Shown here: piece by piece, positions 1-10,520 of the stretch
How positions within the stretch are numbered: the first letter of the stretch is position 1
Layout of the letters: each line of letters opens with the position of its first letter
Position numbers and translations under genes: made by a program
Notes under the pieces: model-generated
Database searches by the model: none
What the model was told of the DNA's origin: nothing
Seen by the model: the letters and a program-made list of their open reading frames with translations, nothing else
Source: Abditibacterium sp.
GTDB taxonomy: Bacteria > Armatimonadota > Abditibacteriia > Abditibacteriales > Abditibacteriaceae
Length of the DNA: 64,000 nt
Reading direction: 5' to 3'
Assembly: GCA_965199495.1 (NCBI GenBank)
Contig: CBDASK010000003.1
Span: 224,001-288,000, forward strand

Positions 1-307
1 CGCTCAGGTGACGGGTCGGGTTGGCGCCGCCATTTTTCTCGAAGTGCCCGGCTTTTGGCCCATTGGCCTCGCCGCGCCCGCGCCGCCCGCTCTCGCCGCG
101 CGAAACTTTGGTGTCTTTGCGCGGCGTCTTCAGTTCGACGTAACCCAACTGCAAAGCGTCATAACCGTCTTTCGCTTCGGTTTTGCGTTGCACGACCGCG
201 CACGGCCCACACTCGATGACGGTGACGGGAATCGCTTTACCTTTTTCCGCGTCGAAGATTTGCGTCATGCCGACTTTGCGGCCCAATAATCCATTGACTG
301 TTGCCAT
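1..307 (-). CDS. rplC: 50S ribosomal protein L3 (N-terminal part, runs off the window)
   Basis: Manual translation from ATG at 307: [18 protein letters not shown]...[32 protein letters not shown]...AGHF; directly downstream of rpsJ. Confidence 0.95.
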   Translation of the reverse strand, partial: MATVNGLLGRKVGMTQIFDAEKGKAIPVTVIECGPCAVVQRKTEAKDGYDALQLGYVELKTPRKDTKVSRGESGRRGRGEANGPKAGHFEKNGGANPTRHLS

Positions 308-356
308 TTAATTTCGTTCTCCAGAGGTCATCCCGTTCGGGGTAGACGTTCGTTGT

Positions 357-479
357 ATTTCACACAAAGAAACAAAGAACGGCACAAAGAGCACAAAGAG
401 GATGAAGAAAATAAAAAGGTTTAACCCTCTTCTTACTCTTCGTTTCCTTTGTGCCGATCTTTGTTTCTTTGTGTGAAAT
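357..479. repeat. Long inverted-repeat element of CACAAAG/CACAGAG type
   Basis: atttcacacaaagaaacaaagaacggcacaaag ... ctttgtgccgatctttgtttctttgtgtgaaat; related copies at 33423-33517 and 44171-44297. Confidence 0.85.
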
Positions 480-485
480 GAGTTT

Positions 486-794
486 TTAGGTGAGTTTAAT
501 CTCGATGTCCACGCCCGACGGGAGGTTGAGTCCCATCAGTTCGGTGACGGTGCGCGGATCCGGTTCGATGATGTCGATCAAACGCTTGTGCGTTCTCATC
601 TCGAAGTGTTCCATTGATTCTTTGTCAACGAAGGGCGAACGGATCACGCAGTAGATGTTTTTATCAGTCGGCAACGGCACGGGGCCGCTCAAACGCGAAC
701 CGGTGCGGCGCGCCGTGGCTACGATCTGCTGGGCCGATTGGTCGAGCAATTTGTGATCGAAGGCGCGCAATTTGATGCGGATTTTTTCGCTCAT
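486..794 (-). CDS. rpsJ: 30S ribosomal protein S10
   Basis: [18 protein letters not shown]...GPVPLPT...[24 protein letters not shown]...[11 protein letters not shown]. Confidence 0.98.
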   Translation of the reverse strand: MSEKIRIKLRAFDHKLLDQSAQQIVATARRTGSRLSGPVPLPTDKNIYCVIRSPFVDKESMEHFEMRTHKRLIDIIEPDPRTVTELMGLNLPSGVDIEIKLT

Positions 795-854
795 AATGTG
801 TGTTAGTGCCAGCGAAATTTCCTTTTCGCAACCTTCGCTGGCCTCTGAGGTTAT

Positions 855-990
855 GCGCTTTCTTCCAAGTTATACCGATTGGAAGGGGGCGTCAGCCCCG
901 CTCACGTTGGAATCGCAATACAATATCGCGACCGCTTCGTTCTGCGGGGCTGACGCCTCCTTCCAATCGGTATAACTCGGAAGAAAGCGC
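855..990. repeat. REP-pair (REPIN-like) hairpin element, CGATTGGAAG family
   Basis: Arms of ~47 bp: gcgctttcttccaagttataccgattggaagggggcgtcagccccgc ... gcggggctgacgcctccttccaatcggtataactcggaagaaagcgc; same core at ~29152-29178 and 48258-48337. Confidence 0.85.
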
Positions 991-1088
991 GGATTACGAA
1001 GAGAACAAACGTTCCTTTCGCAATTGCAGCTAACAGACGCGACAAAGCCGACAAGTCGAATTAACGGCTCATCGGCTTTATCAGCCAT

Positions 1089-2279
<1,191 letters not shown>

Positions 2280-2384
2280 TGTCTTATATCCTCCGCAAAA
2301 TCTGCGTTTAATGAAGTCGGGCCATCGTGTGGATAAACCCGCTCGAAGCGTTCCATAAGTGAATTAGCCCATATTTCAAACAAC

Positions 2385-2428
2385 AAAAAACCCTCCGCGA
2401 GTGCCGATTACAAGGCGCGTGCGAAGGG
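2385..2428 (-). terminator. Terminator-like hairpin in the tuf-rpsJ leader
   Basis: Minus strand: cccttcgc-acgcgccttgtaatcggcactc-gcggaggg followed by tttttt. Confidence 0.5.
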
Positions 2429-2566
2429 CAATAATTTCGATAAAGAAAGTTGCTGCTCTGAAAGGCACGCCGACAGTATCCGCGAAGGACTTAACGACGA
2501 AATAGGGCTGGGGAGACGCCAACAGAAAAATATAACACGAACTCGAAAAGCCCGCAAGGGCGAAGG

Positions 2567-3556
2567 TCAAAGTTTTTCGTGATCCGCCTTCCATTCGCGC
2601 CAACGCAAAGCGGCTTCGAGTTGTTCGTGTGCAGTTGGGCGAGATACAGACACGTCAAAAGAAGGATAATCGAACTCAACCCAATCGCGAATAGTGAATT
2701 GGTTGAGTATTTCTGCCCTCAACGGCTGGAACCAATTCCAGAATATCTCTAAATCTGCTTGTAACGCTGTAGGAATTTCAATGCGTTTAGTGTTGCCTCT
2801 TCCTCTATCGCCAGAATAAAGTGAGTTTTGTAAATCAGTCGTCTGAAGCGTCACTTTAACATCGTCCGGCAGATCAATCCATATCTCTTGCGCCTTCACC
2901 AATTGGCTCAGTATCCTTTTGGCATCTTCCTTATTAACTTTTGCTTCCTCGAAAGCGAACTTTTGACGTTCTTGAGAATCCATTGAAGCGAAGCGGCGCG
3001 CAGTAATTGCCTGACTATCCACTTTTTTAACCGTGGACTGGAGACCTAACCAAAATTCAGTAAAAGGCAAACGCATAAAGTCGAAACAGCTCATCGGCTC
3101 ATTCCACTTAAATGTCAGAGCGTGACAATTACCGCCGTCTATTATTTCTGAATCCCACGAAGCCAAACCATTTGAAGCGACAAGTAATCCTTGATGAGCG
3201 GTTTCATCCTCGCACCGTAAATTGCCATTTTCATTCAAAACAATATACCGAGCGAAATGGCGGCATAACGTGTTCTCAAAAATGTGGCGCAACACAAAAT
3301 CATTCAATTTAACGGGATGACGTTCTACGTGATGAGAAGACGATTTGAGCGGCACAAAGCCCGCGTCAAATCGGTTATTGAGAGGACGCGTCCACATATA
3401 ACCGCCTGGATCGTCGGAAGTTTGCACCAACGCCACCAGCCAATCCAATTTCTCGCCATCGAACTCGCGCGTGACGACGCTCGCGCTCTCTTCCAAAACG
3501 CGAAAGCCGGGCGGCACTTCCCACGATTTGGGCGCGAATGCGGTGGGGATTTTCAT
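2567..3556 (-). CDS. Hypothetical protein (partly lower GC)
   Basis: 329-aa ORF with protein-like composition; no family recognised. Confidence 0.7.
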   Translation of the reverse strand: MKIPTAFAPKSWEVPPGFRVLEESASVVTREFDGEKLDWLVALVQTSDDPGGYMWTRPLNNRFDAGFVPLKSSSHHVERHPVKLNDFVLRHIFENTLCRHFARYIVLNENGNLRCEDETAHQGLLVASNGLASWDSEIIDGGNCHALTFKWNEPMSCFDFMRLPFTEFWLGLQSTVKKVDSQAITARRFASMDSQERQKFAFEEAKVNKEDAKRILSQLVKAQEIWIDLPDDVKVTLQTTDLQNSLYSGDRGRGNTKRIEIPTALQADLEIFWNWFQPLRAEILNQFTIRDWVEFDYPSFDVSVSRPTAHEQLEAALRWREWKADHEKL

Positions 3557-3587
3557 CGGGCGCAGTTTAACGAGGGGGTCGAGGAAA

Positions 3588-3835
3588 TTTCAAACGATTG
3601 CGGCACTGGCGGAGGTTTGGCCCCCTCCCCAGCCCTCCCCCGTGCCGGGAGAGGGAGCTACTTTTCGGTCGCCGATAAAATGTCGAGATTTCTTTATAGT
3701 TACGGGACGGCGCCGTCTTTTCACTTTGAAGAAAGTTTCGTTACCTATCGGCGGCTTCGACGTGGCTCCCTCTCCCGGCACGGGGGAGGGCCGGGGAGGG
3801 GGCCAAACCTTCGCCAATGACGCAACCGTTTGAAA
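3588..3835. repeat. CCCCTCCCC..GGGAGAGGG-type REP pair forming a long inverted repeat
   Basis: Arms of ~75 bp containing ccccctccccagccctcccccgtgccgggagagggagc and its reverse complement; immediately upstream of the DUF559 gene. Confidence 0.85.
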
Positions 3836-3871
3836 CCTCCTCGTCAAACCAAAACCAACTAAACTGCCGCC

Positions 3872-4234
3872 ATGACGCCCAAAGCCAACATCGCTCGCGC
3901 CCGCGAACTGCGGCGCGCCACAACCCTGCCCGAACGCACCTTGTGGAAACTGCTACGCGCTCACCAAATGGAAGGCTTGCACTGGCGCCGTCAACATCCC
4001 ATCGGAAATTATTACGCTGACTTCGCCTGTAAAGCCGCGATGCTCGTCGTCGAACTCGACGGACGCAGCCACGACGACAGGCAAGACGCTGACGCGAACC
4101 GCGACGCGGCGCTAAATGAGTTGGGTTGGACGACGCTTCGCATTCCAAATCGCGATTTGTTGCGCGATACCGAAAGCGTCTGGCAAACGATCCTCGTTTA
4201 TCTGGAGCCATTCGCGGAAAAATCGAACGAATAA
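3872..4234 (+). CDS. DUF559 / Vsr-like endonuclease domain protein
   Basis: ARELRRATTLPERTLWKLLR...WRRQHPIGNYYADF...VVELDGRSH...DANRDAALNELGWTTLRIPN. Confidence 0.9.
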   Translation: MTPKANIARARELRRATTLPERTLWKLLRAHQMEGLHWRRQHPIGNYYADFACKAAMLVVELDGRSHDDRQDADANRDAALNELGWTTLRIPNRDLLRDTESVWQTILVYLEPFAEKSNE

Positions 4235-4235
4235 A

Positions 4236-7200
4236 TTACCAACGCAAATCGCGTCGCAACAATGCTTCGACGCCCGCGCTTTCCTGCGGCTTCGACATCC
4301 AGAAACCCTGGGCGTAGCCGCAGCCCATCTCGCGCAAATAGACGAGTTGATCGGGCGATTCGACGCCCTCGGCGACGACGCGCATCTTCAGGCCGCGCGC
4401 CATCGAGATAATCGTGTTCACGATTTCGTGATCGCGTCCGCCCGGCTTCATGTGCGAAATGAACGAACGATCAATTTTCAGAACATCGAGCGGAAAACGA
4501 TGCAGGTAACTCAAACTCGAATAACCCGTGCCGAAGTCGTCCAAAGCGAATTTAATCCCCAATTGTTTCAACGATAAAAACATCTCAACCGAAGTGTGGG
4601 CGCTCTCCATAATCACCGTTTCGGTCACCTCTAACTTCAACATTTCCGGATTAAATCCAGTGAGTTTCAAAGCGTCCTGCACGCGCTCGAACATATCGGG
4701 TTGCGACAGTTGTTTGGGCGACAAATTCACCGACATCCGCAAATCCCCGAACTCAGCTTGCCACGCCGAGCCTTGTCGGCACGCCTCTTCTATAACCCAC
4801 CAGCCAATCGGCACAATGAGGCCCGTTTCCTCGGCGAGGGGAATGAAATCGCCCGGCGAAACTAATCCGCGCTGCGGATGCTGCCAACGCACAAGCGCCT
4901 CGAAACCGTTGATTTTACCGCTTGATAAATCAATTATCGGCTGATAGTGCAAGCGCAGTTCGTTGCGTTCCAAAGCGCGCCACAAATCGGTTTCCATTTC
5001 GAGCAATTTCACGGCACGCGCGTGCATCGTCGCCTCGAAGATTTCGTGGCGGCCACGTCCGGCGCCTTTGGCGCGATACATCGCGGTATCGGCGCTGCGC
5101 AACAGTTCTTCGGCGCTCGATTCGCTGCCCTGCCCCAACGCGATGCCCATCGAAACCGTGACGAACGCCTCGTGACCATCGAGCGCAAACGGCGCGGCCA
5201 ATTCGGCGTGAATGCGGTCGGCGATTTGATGCACATCTTCGATGCCACTCAAATCGTCCAGCAGAATCGCGAACTCGTCGCCGCCCAGACGCGCGACGGT
5301 ATCGCCGGGCCGCAAACAACGCTCGAAACGCTTGGAGGCTTCGACGAGCAGACGGTCGCCGCTCAAATGGCCCAAGGAATCGTTGACCTTTTTGAAATGA
5401 TCGATATCCAAAAACAAAACGGCAAAATTTTCTTTGGGATGCCGGTTGTTGCGCGCAATGGTGCGGTCAAGCCGCTCAGAGAAGAGCGCGCGATTGGGCA
5501 GATTGGTCAACGCATCGTAAAACGCGTTATGTTCGAGTTGATTTTCGGCGATTTTGCGTTCGTTGATGTCGGTCTGCGAACCGGACAGACGAGTAGCCAC
5601 GCCGTCCGCGTCGAACAAAGCCAAGCCGCGTCCCAGCATCCAGCGATATTCGCCGTCGCAATCGCGCAAACGATACTGGCATTCGCACTGCGCTTTCTCG
5701 CCACTGAGATGCAACGCGATTTGCGATTCGACCTGCGCTTTATCGTCGGGATGGATGCGGCCCAGCCACTCGGCGGGCGAGTTTCCGATTTCGTCCTTGC
5801 CGTGGCCGATCATCGCTTTCCAATGCGGCGAATAATAAATTTCGTCGGTGATTAAATTCCAATCCCACAAACCGTCGTTGGTGCCGCGCGCCGCGAGGGC
5901 ATAGCGCTCCTCGCTTTCGCGCAGCGCCCGCTCGGCTTCGACGCGCTCAGTCACGTCTTGCAGCGAACCGGTCATCAAGATAGGTTGCCCGACAGCATCG
6001 TATTGAACGCTGGAGCGCGTCTCGATGTGACGAATGGAACCATCGCGGCGCACCAGTCGCACCAGCCGCCGATTGTCTTGGTTGCGCGACGCGAGCGTCT
6101 TCATGGCCTGCATCAATTCGGCGCGATCTTCGGGATGATAGCGCAGCAACACCTCTTCGGGCGGCGGAATCGGCGCGCCAACTTCCACTTCCAACATCCG
6201 ATACATCTCGTCCGACCACAACGACTCGCCCGACCGCAAATCCCAGGTGAACGAACCGATGTGCGCCAACTTCTGCGCTTCATCGAGCGCGCGTTGGCTC
6301 TGACTCAGCGCCTGCTGGGCGCGCTGGCTTTCGGTCAAATCTATCATCACGCCGTCCCAAATGACGCTTCCACTCGCCGTGCGCACGGGACGCGACTGGG
6401 CGCGCACCCGCCGCCTTTGGCCGTCGGGCCGCGTCACGCCAAATTCCAGCAGCCACGGCGTTAGGTCGCGCGCGGATTCGATTAACGTTTCCCCCAATCG
6501 TTCGAGGTCTTTGGCATCGAGCAACGCGACCAAATTGTGGGCATTCTCCAAAAGCGCGGCGGGCGTCAAACCAAAAATTTCTTCGCAGCCTTCCGAGACA
6601 TAAATGAAACGATCATCTAAGCCGAAGTTGCCCACTGGGCGTTCGACGCTGTAAACCACGCCCGGCACGCCCGGCATGATGCGCTCGAAACGCGCCTCGC
6701 TTTCGACGAGCGCCTGTTGCGCGCGAAACTGCTCGGTCACGTCATAAGAAAGTCCAACGACGCCGACTTGCTGGTGGCTCTCGTTCCATTTGGGCGCGGC
6801 ATAAACCGCGAAGTTGCGCCCGCCTGAAGTGGTGATTTCCTCGCAGACTTCGCCGCGCAAAGCGCGCTTAAATATATTTATGACCTGCGCATTGTCCTCA
6901 TACATCTCGAAGGCGGATTGGCCGACGACCTCTCCCGGCTCCAGCCCGATGCGACGCAAAAAGGAACCTTCAGATAAGGTAAAAACGCCCTGCATATCGA
7001 GCGCCCACAAAATGACCGGAGCGGTTTGGGTGATGACGCGCAGTTGCGTTTCCAATTCGCGTTCGGCTCGCTGTGCCCGCTCGCGCTCGGTCACGTCGAG
7101 GAAAGTGCCGTTCATGCGCATGGCCTGTCCCTGCGCGTTGCGTTCAATTTGCCCGCGTGCCTGAACGAAACGCTCTTCACCGATGGGACGCACGATGCGA

Positions 7201-8339
7201 CAATCGAGCGCGTAGTCGCGCGCGTTTTCCATCGCCTCGCCCAAAATTCGCTGGGCCGGTTCCAAATCTTCGGGATGGACGCGCGCAAACCACGCATCGC
7301 GCGACGGCACGACCGAATTCGGCTCCAATCCTAAAATACGGAAAGTTTCGTCCGACCAAAATCCCACGGCATCAAACCACTGGCCGGGCGTGGGAAACTC
7401 GTAATTCCACGAACCCAGATGCGCGATCTGCTGGGCGATTTCCAGATTGCGCCGCGCTTCGGACGCCGCGTTTTCGGCTTCGACGCGCGCGCTCACGTCC
7501 TGAAAAAAGCCGACGTTTCCGATGTGGTATTCTTCGTCCTGATAAATGGGCGCGAAGTGCGCCTGATTCCAAAATGCCGTACCGTCAGGCCGAAAATTGA
7601 TAGCTGTGCCTTCGGTTGGTTTGCCCTCGTTCAACGACTGGACAACGGCACGCGCCAGTTCGGGCGCGGTTTGCCGCCCGCCCAAAACGGCCAATGTTTT
7701 CCCCAAAATACTATCGGCTGGATATCCCGTGATGCGCGTGAACGCCGGATTAACATAGGTAATGAAATTGTCTTCGTCACGCGATTCTGTCAAAACCACG
7801 CCCACATTCGCCGCTTCGATGGCGGCCTGCAAGCGCGCATTTTGCGCGGCAACGGCGCGCAGTTGTCGCTCGTTCTTTTTGCCAGCAATCGCATAACGCA
7901 ACGTCCGTTCGAGCAACGCCGCGCTCAAACCGTCTTTGACCAGATAATCGGTCGCGCCCACGCGCATCGCATCGGTATCCACGCGCGGGTCGTCCTGTCC
8001 AGTCAGCAAAATGAGCGGCGCTTCGCAACCCGCAGCCACGGCGCGCTCGATGAGTTCCAAACCGGTGTGGGCGCCCAGACGATAATCAATCAGATAAACA
8101 TCGTGATCCGCGCGCGCGATGTGCGACAATGCCGTTTCGACATCGCTGGCCCATTCGACCGAAAATTGCAGCGCACCCGGCGTCTGGCGGCTCTGGCGCA
8201 ACAGAGAACGCAAAATCAACAACTCGTCTTCGTCATCGTCCACTAATAAAAGGCGAACCAGAGCGCTGGGATTGTCTAAATCAGCAGTCGCCCTATTTTC
8301 CGGGTTGGCTGTTTCTGAACTTAAAAATTCGTCAATCAT
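4236..8339 (-). CDS. REC-multi-PAS diguanylate cyclase/phosphodiesterase (GGDEF-EAL)
   Basis: N-terminal receiver (LLVDDD..DVYLIDYRL..DYLVK), several PAS/PAC domains, RPGD I-site with GGDEF, FEALVRW and DDFGTGYSS; start uncertain (ORF extends to 8381). Confidence 0.93.
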   Translation of the reverse strand: MIDEFLSSETANPENRATADLDNPSALVRLLLVDDDEDELLILRSLLRQSRQTPGALQFSVEWASDVETALSHIARADHDVYLIDYRLGAHTGLELIERAVAAGCEAPLILLTGQDDPRVDTDAMRVGATDYLVKDGLSAALLERTLRYAIAGKKNERQLRAVAAQNARLQAAIEAANVGVVLTESRDEDNFITYVNPAFTRITGYPADSILGKTLAVLGGRQTAPELARAVVQSLNEGKPTEGTAINFRPDGTAFWNQAHFAPIYQDEEYHIGNVGFFQDVSARVEAENAASEARRNLEIAQQIAHLGSWNYEFPTPGQWFDAVGFWSDETFRILGLEPNSVVPSRDAWFARVHPEDLEPAQRILGEAMENARDYALDCRIVRPIGEERFVQARGQIERNAQGQAMRMNGTFLDVTERERAQRAERELETQLRVITQTAPVILWALDMQGVFTLSEGSFLRRIGLEPGEVVGQSAFEMYEDNAQVINIFKRALRGEVCEEITTSGGRNFAVYAAPKWNESHQQVGVVGLSYDVTEQFRAQQALVESEARFERIMPGVPGVVYSVERPVGNFGLDDRFIYVSEGCEEIFGLTPAALLENAHNLVALLDAKDLERLGETLIESARDLTPWLLEFGVTRPDGQRRRVRAQSRPVRTASGSVIWDGVMIDLTESQRAQQALSQSQRALDEAQKLAHIGSFTWDLRSGESLWSDEMYRMLEVEVGAPIPPPEEVLLRYHPEDRAELMQAMKTLASRNQDNRRLVRLVRRDGSIRHIETRSSVQYDAVGQPILMTGSLQDVTERVEAERALRESEERYALAARGTNDGLWDWNLITDEIYYSPHWKAMIGHGKDEIGNSPAEWLGRIHPDDKAQVESQIALHLSGEKAQCECQYRLRDCDGEYRWMLGRGLALFDADGVATRLSGSQTDINERKIAENQLEHNAFYDALTNLPNRALFSERLDRTIARNNRHPKENFAVLFLDIDHFKKVNDSLGHLSGDRLLVEASKRFERCLRPGDTVARLGGDEFAILLDDLSGIEDVHQIADRIHAELAAPFALDGHEAFVTVSMGIALGQGSESSAEELLRSADTAMYRAKGAGRGRHEIFEATMHARAVKLLEMETDLWRALERNELRLHYQPIIDLSSGKINGFEALVRWQHPQRGLVSPGDFIPLAEETGLIVPIGWWVIEEACRQGSAWQAEFGDLRMSVNLSPKQLSQPDMFERVQDALKLTGFNPEMLKLEVTETVIMESAHTSVEMFLSLKQLGIKFALDDFGTGYSSLSYLHRFPLDVLKIDRSFISHMKPGGRDHEIVNTIISMARGLKMRVVAEGVESPDQLVYLREMGCGYAQGFWMSKPQESAGVEALLRRDLRW

Positions 8340-8427
8340 CACCGATAGAGCAAAGCCTCCAATTAGAACGCTACCAAACAAAAAACCCGATCAACAGCGG
8401 GCACCGAAAAACGCAACTCTAATAATT

Positions 8428-8874
8428 TTACTTGGATGGGAGTTGCACTGTTTCGGCCCAGTAACTTCCGATATTGCGCATAGTTTCCACCAAACCCTGA
8501 AAAGTGACGGCTTTAGTGATATAAGAGTTGGCGCCGCGCGCATAGCAAGCGTCAATATCCGAAGCGGCAGCGGAGGTGGAAAGCACAACGACCGGCATCC
8601 GGCACAGAGACGGATCGCGTTTAATTTCCAGCAGAGCCGCGCGTCCATCCAATCGCGGCATGTTCAAATCGAGCAACAACAAATCGGGGATGTTCTTTTG
8701 AACTTCTCTGCGAGCGGCCCCTTGAAGATAAGCGAGCAGTTCCACTCCATCGCCCACAAATTCCAACGTCGCTCGCGTGCCGCTCTCTTTGAGCGCATCC
8801 TGAGCCAACATTCTGTCATCGTTATCATCGTCGGCCATCAAAATAACGAAAGGGTGAGAAGGAAAATACGGCAT
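8428..8874 (-). CDS. Single-domain response regulator (Rcp1-like)
   Basis: ILMADDDNDD..PDLLLLDLNMPRLDG..VVVLSTS..GANSYITK..YWAETVQLP. Confidence 0.92.
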   Translation of the reverse strand: MPYFPSHPFVILMADDDNDDRMLAQDALKESGTRATLEFVGDGVELLAYLQGAARREVQKNIPDLLLLDLNMPRLDGRAALLEIKRDPSLCRMPVVVLSTSAAASDIDACYARGANSYITKAVTFQGLVETMRNIGSYWAETVQLPSK

Positions 8875-8966
8875 GAAATTACGGCACAAAGGAAAAACGA
8901 GTTGGCTGCGAATGGATTTCGCGCCAACTTATTTAGCATTCCTTTATCTATTAGTAAAACATATTT

Positions 8967-10520
8967 TCAGATAAAAGAATGGGATTCCCTCGCAAGACTC
9001 ACGAGGAAACGCGCGCCTTGGCCGTGCGTGGAAATTGCACGAATGTCGCCACCATGTTCATGCGCCACGCGCTGACATATCGCCAGCCCAATACCAGTGC
9101 CCGGATATTTGTTGCGTCCATGCAGACGCGTGAAGGGTTCGAGAATGGACTTCGCCTCCTCTTCATCGAAGCCGATGCCGTTGTCGCGAACTTCAATACA
9201 GACTAATTCCGAATCGCATTGAGGCGCCGTTTCGTCTTTGTTCAAAGCGCGCACACGGATAACGGGGCTTTGCTCGCCGCGAAATTTGAGCGAGTTGGAA
9301 AGCAAATTGGCGAAAAGTTGTTTCAATCGCACCGCGTTGCCGGGCACAACGGGCAACGCTTCGACTTCGAGTTGCGCCCCACATTCGTTGAGGGCAGTTT
9401 CAAATTCTTCGCGCAGTTCGGCCCACAAAACTCCCAAATCAACTGGCGTCTGGGCGACGCTGCGATCCAACAACAGCCCGTAGGCCAACAAATCTGCGAT
9501 GAGATTTTGCATTCTCTCCGCCGCGCGCGTCATGCCCTGAAGATAGCGGGCGAAAGTATCGTCTTCTGGATTATCGTCGGGAGCAGCCACCGGCAACGCG
9601 AGCAAACGGTCACCGAACACGCGAATCTTGCGCAGTGGCTCCTGCAAATCGTGCGAGGCGACAAAGGCGAACCGTTCCAAATCGGCATTGGAACGCTGGA
9701 GATCAATGTTGGCGCGTTCCAGTTGTTGCGTGCGTTGCGCCAGACTCGCTTCGGCGCGGCGCCGCAACGTAATGTCCTCGATTTCGGCGGTGAAGTAGAG
9801 CGGCCTGTGGCGCGAATCGCGAATCAGTGTCAGCGAAAGCAGACAGTTCAGATAATGGCCGTTTTTGTGGCGATAGCGCGCTTCGATGCCCGCGACGGAG
9901 GGGCCGCCATCGAGAATAGATTGGTAGTACGCTTCCACGCGGTCGCGGTCGTCGGGATGGCGCACATCGCGCGCGCACAGCTGCAATAATTCCGGTTCCG
10001 CGTAGCCAATCAACTGGCAGAGCGCGGGGTTGACTTCGAGCGTTCGTCCCTGCAAGCAAATGAGCGCCTTGCCCGCCGCCGCACCATGAAAAAACGCGCG
10101 CCAGTTGCGCGCTTGCAGACGCAGAGCCACGGCGTCCATTTCGAGTTCGACATCGCGCGACCTGACTTCGGCGGGCGAGGAAACGCGTTCGCTGTTGGCA
10201 CTTTCTTTGTCTTGCGCAACGGCCAACAACCACAAACGCGATTGCTCGGCTGCGATTTCCTCGGCGCCCACCTTGGCCAATCGCAACTGCAAAGGCTTGA
10301 GTTCGCCGGGCGCCTTGACCATGCGATCTATAAACGCGGGTTTTGCGTTCTCGTTTTGAACAGCCACGGCGCGCAATTCGGCCATCGCGTCGGGCAGACA
10401 AAGCGCGAGTTCATCAAAGGCGCCAAAGCGCGCGCGCCAGACGCCGTTGGTTTCGCGCAAGCGCCCGTTTGCCTCAGCGATGGCGCACGCCCACGGTAAA
10501 ATCGAGATGTCAACTCTCAA
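8967..10520 (-). CDS. PAS-domain sensor histidine kinase
   Basis: H-box FAFVASHDLQEPLRKI, NLLSNSLKF, DNGIGF, GTGIGLAIC. Confidence 0.92.
   Translation of the reverse strand: MRVDISILPWACAIAEANGRLRETNGVWRARFGAFDELALCLPDAMAELRAVAVQNENAKPAFIDRMVKAPGELKPLQLRLAKVGAEEIAAEQSRLWLLAVAQDKESANSERVSSPAEVRSRDVELEMDAVALRLQARNWRAFFHGAAAGKALICLQGRTLEVNPALCQLIGYAEPELLQLCARDVRHPDDRDRVEAYYQSILDGGPSVAGIEARYRHKNGHYLNCLLSLTLIRDSRHRPLYFTAEIEDITLRRRAEASLAQRTQQLERANIDLQRSNADLERFAFVASHDLQEPLRKIRVFGDRLLALPVAAPDDNPEDDTFARYLQGMTRAAERMQNLIADLLAYGLLLDRSVAQTPVDLGVLWAELREEFETALNECGAQLEVEALPVVPGNAVRLKQLFANLLSNSLKFRGEQSPVIRVRALNKDETAPQCDSELVCIEVRDNGIGFDEEEAKSILEPFTRLHGRNKYPGTGIGLAICQRVAHEHGGDIRAISTHGQGARFLVSLARESHSFI

Noticed and set aside
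800..1088. Small ORFs over the repeat elements (800..1033, 870..1088, 3471..3833, 3590..3847, 33413..33727)
   Set aside because: Mirror-image peptides arising from the palindromes; no independent coding evidence.
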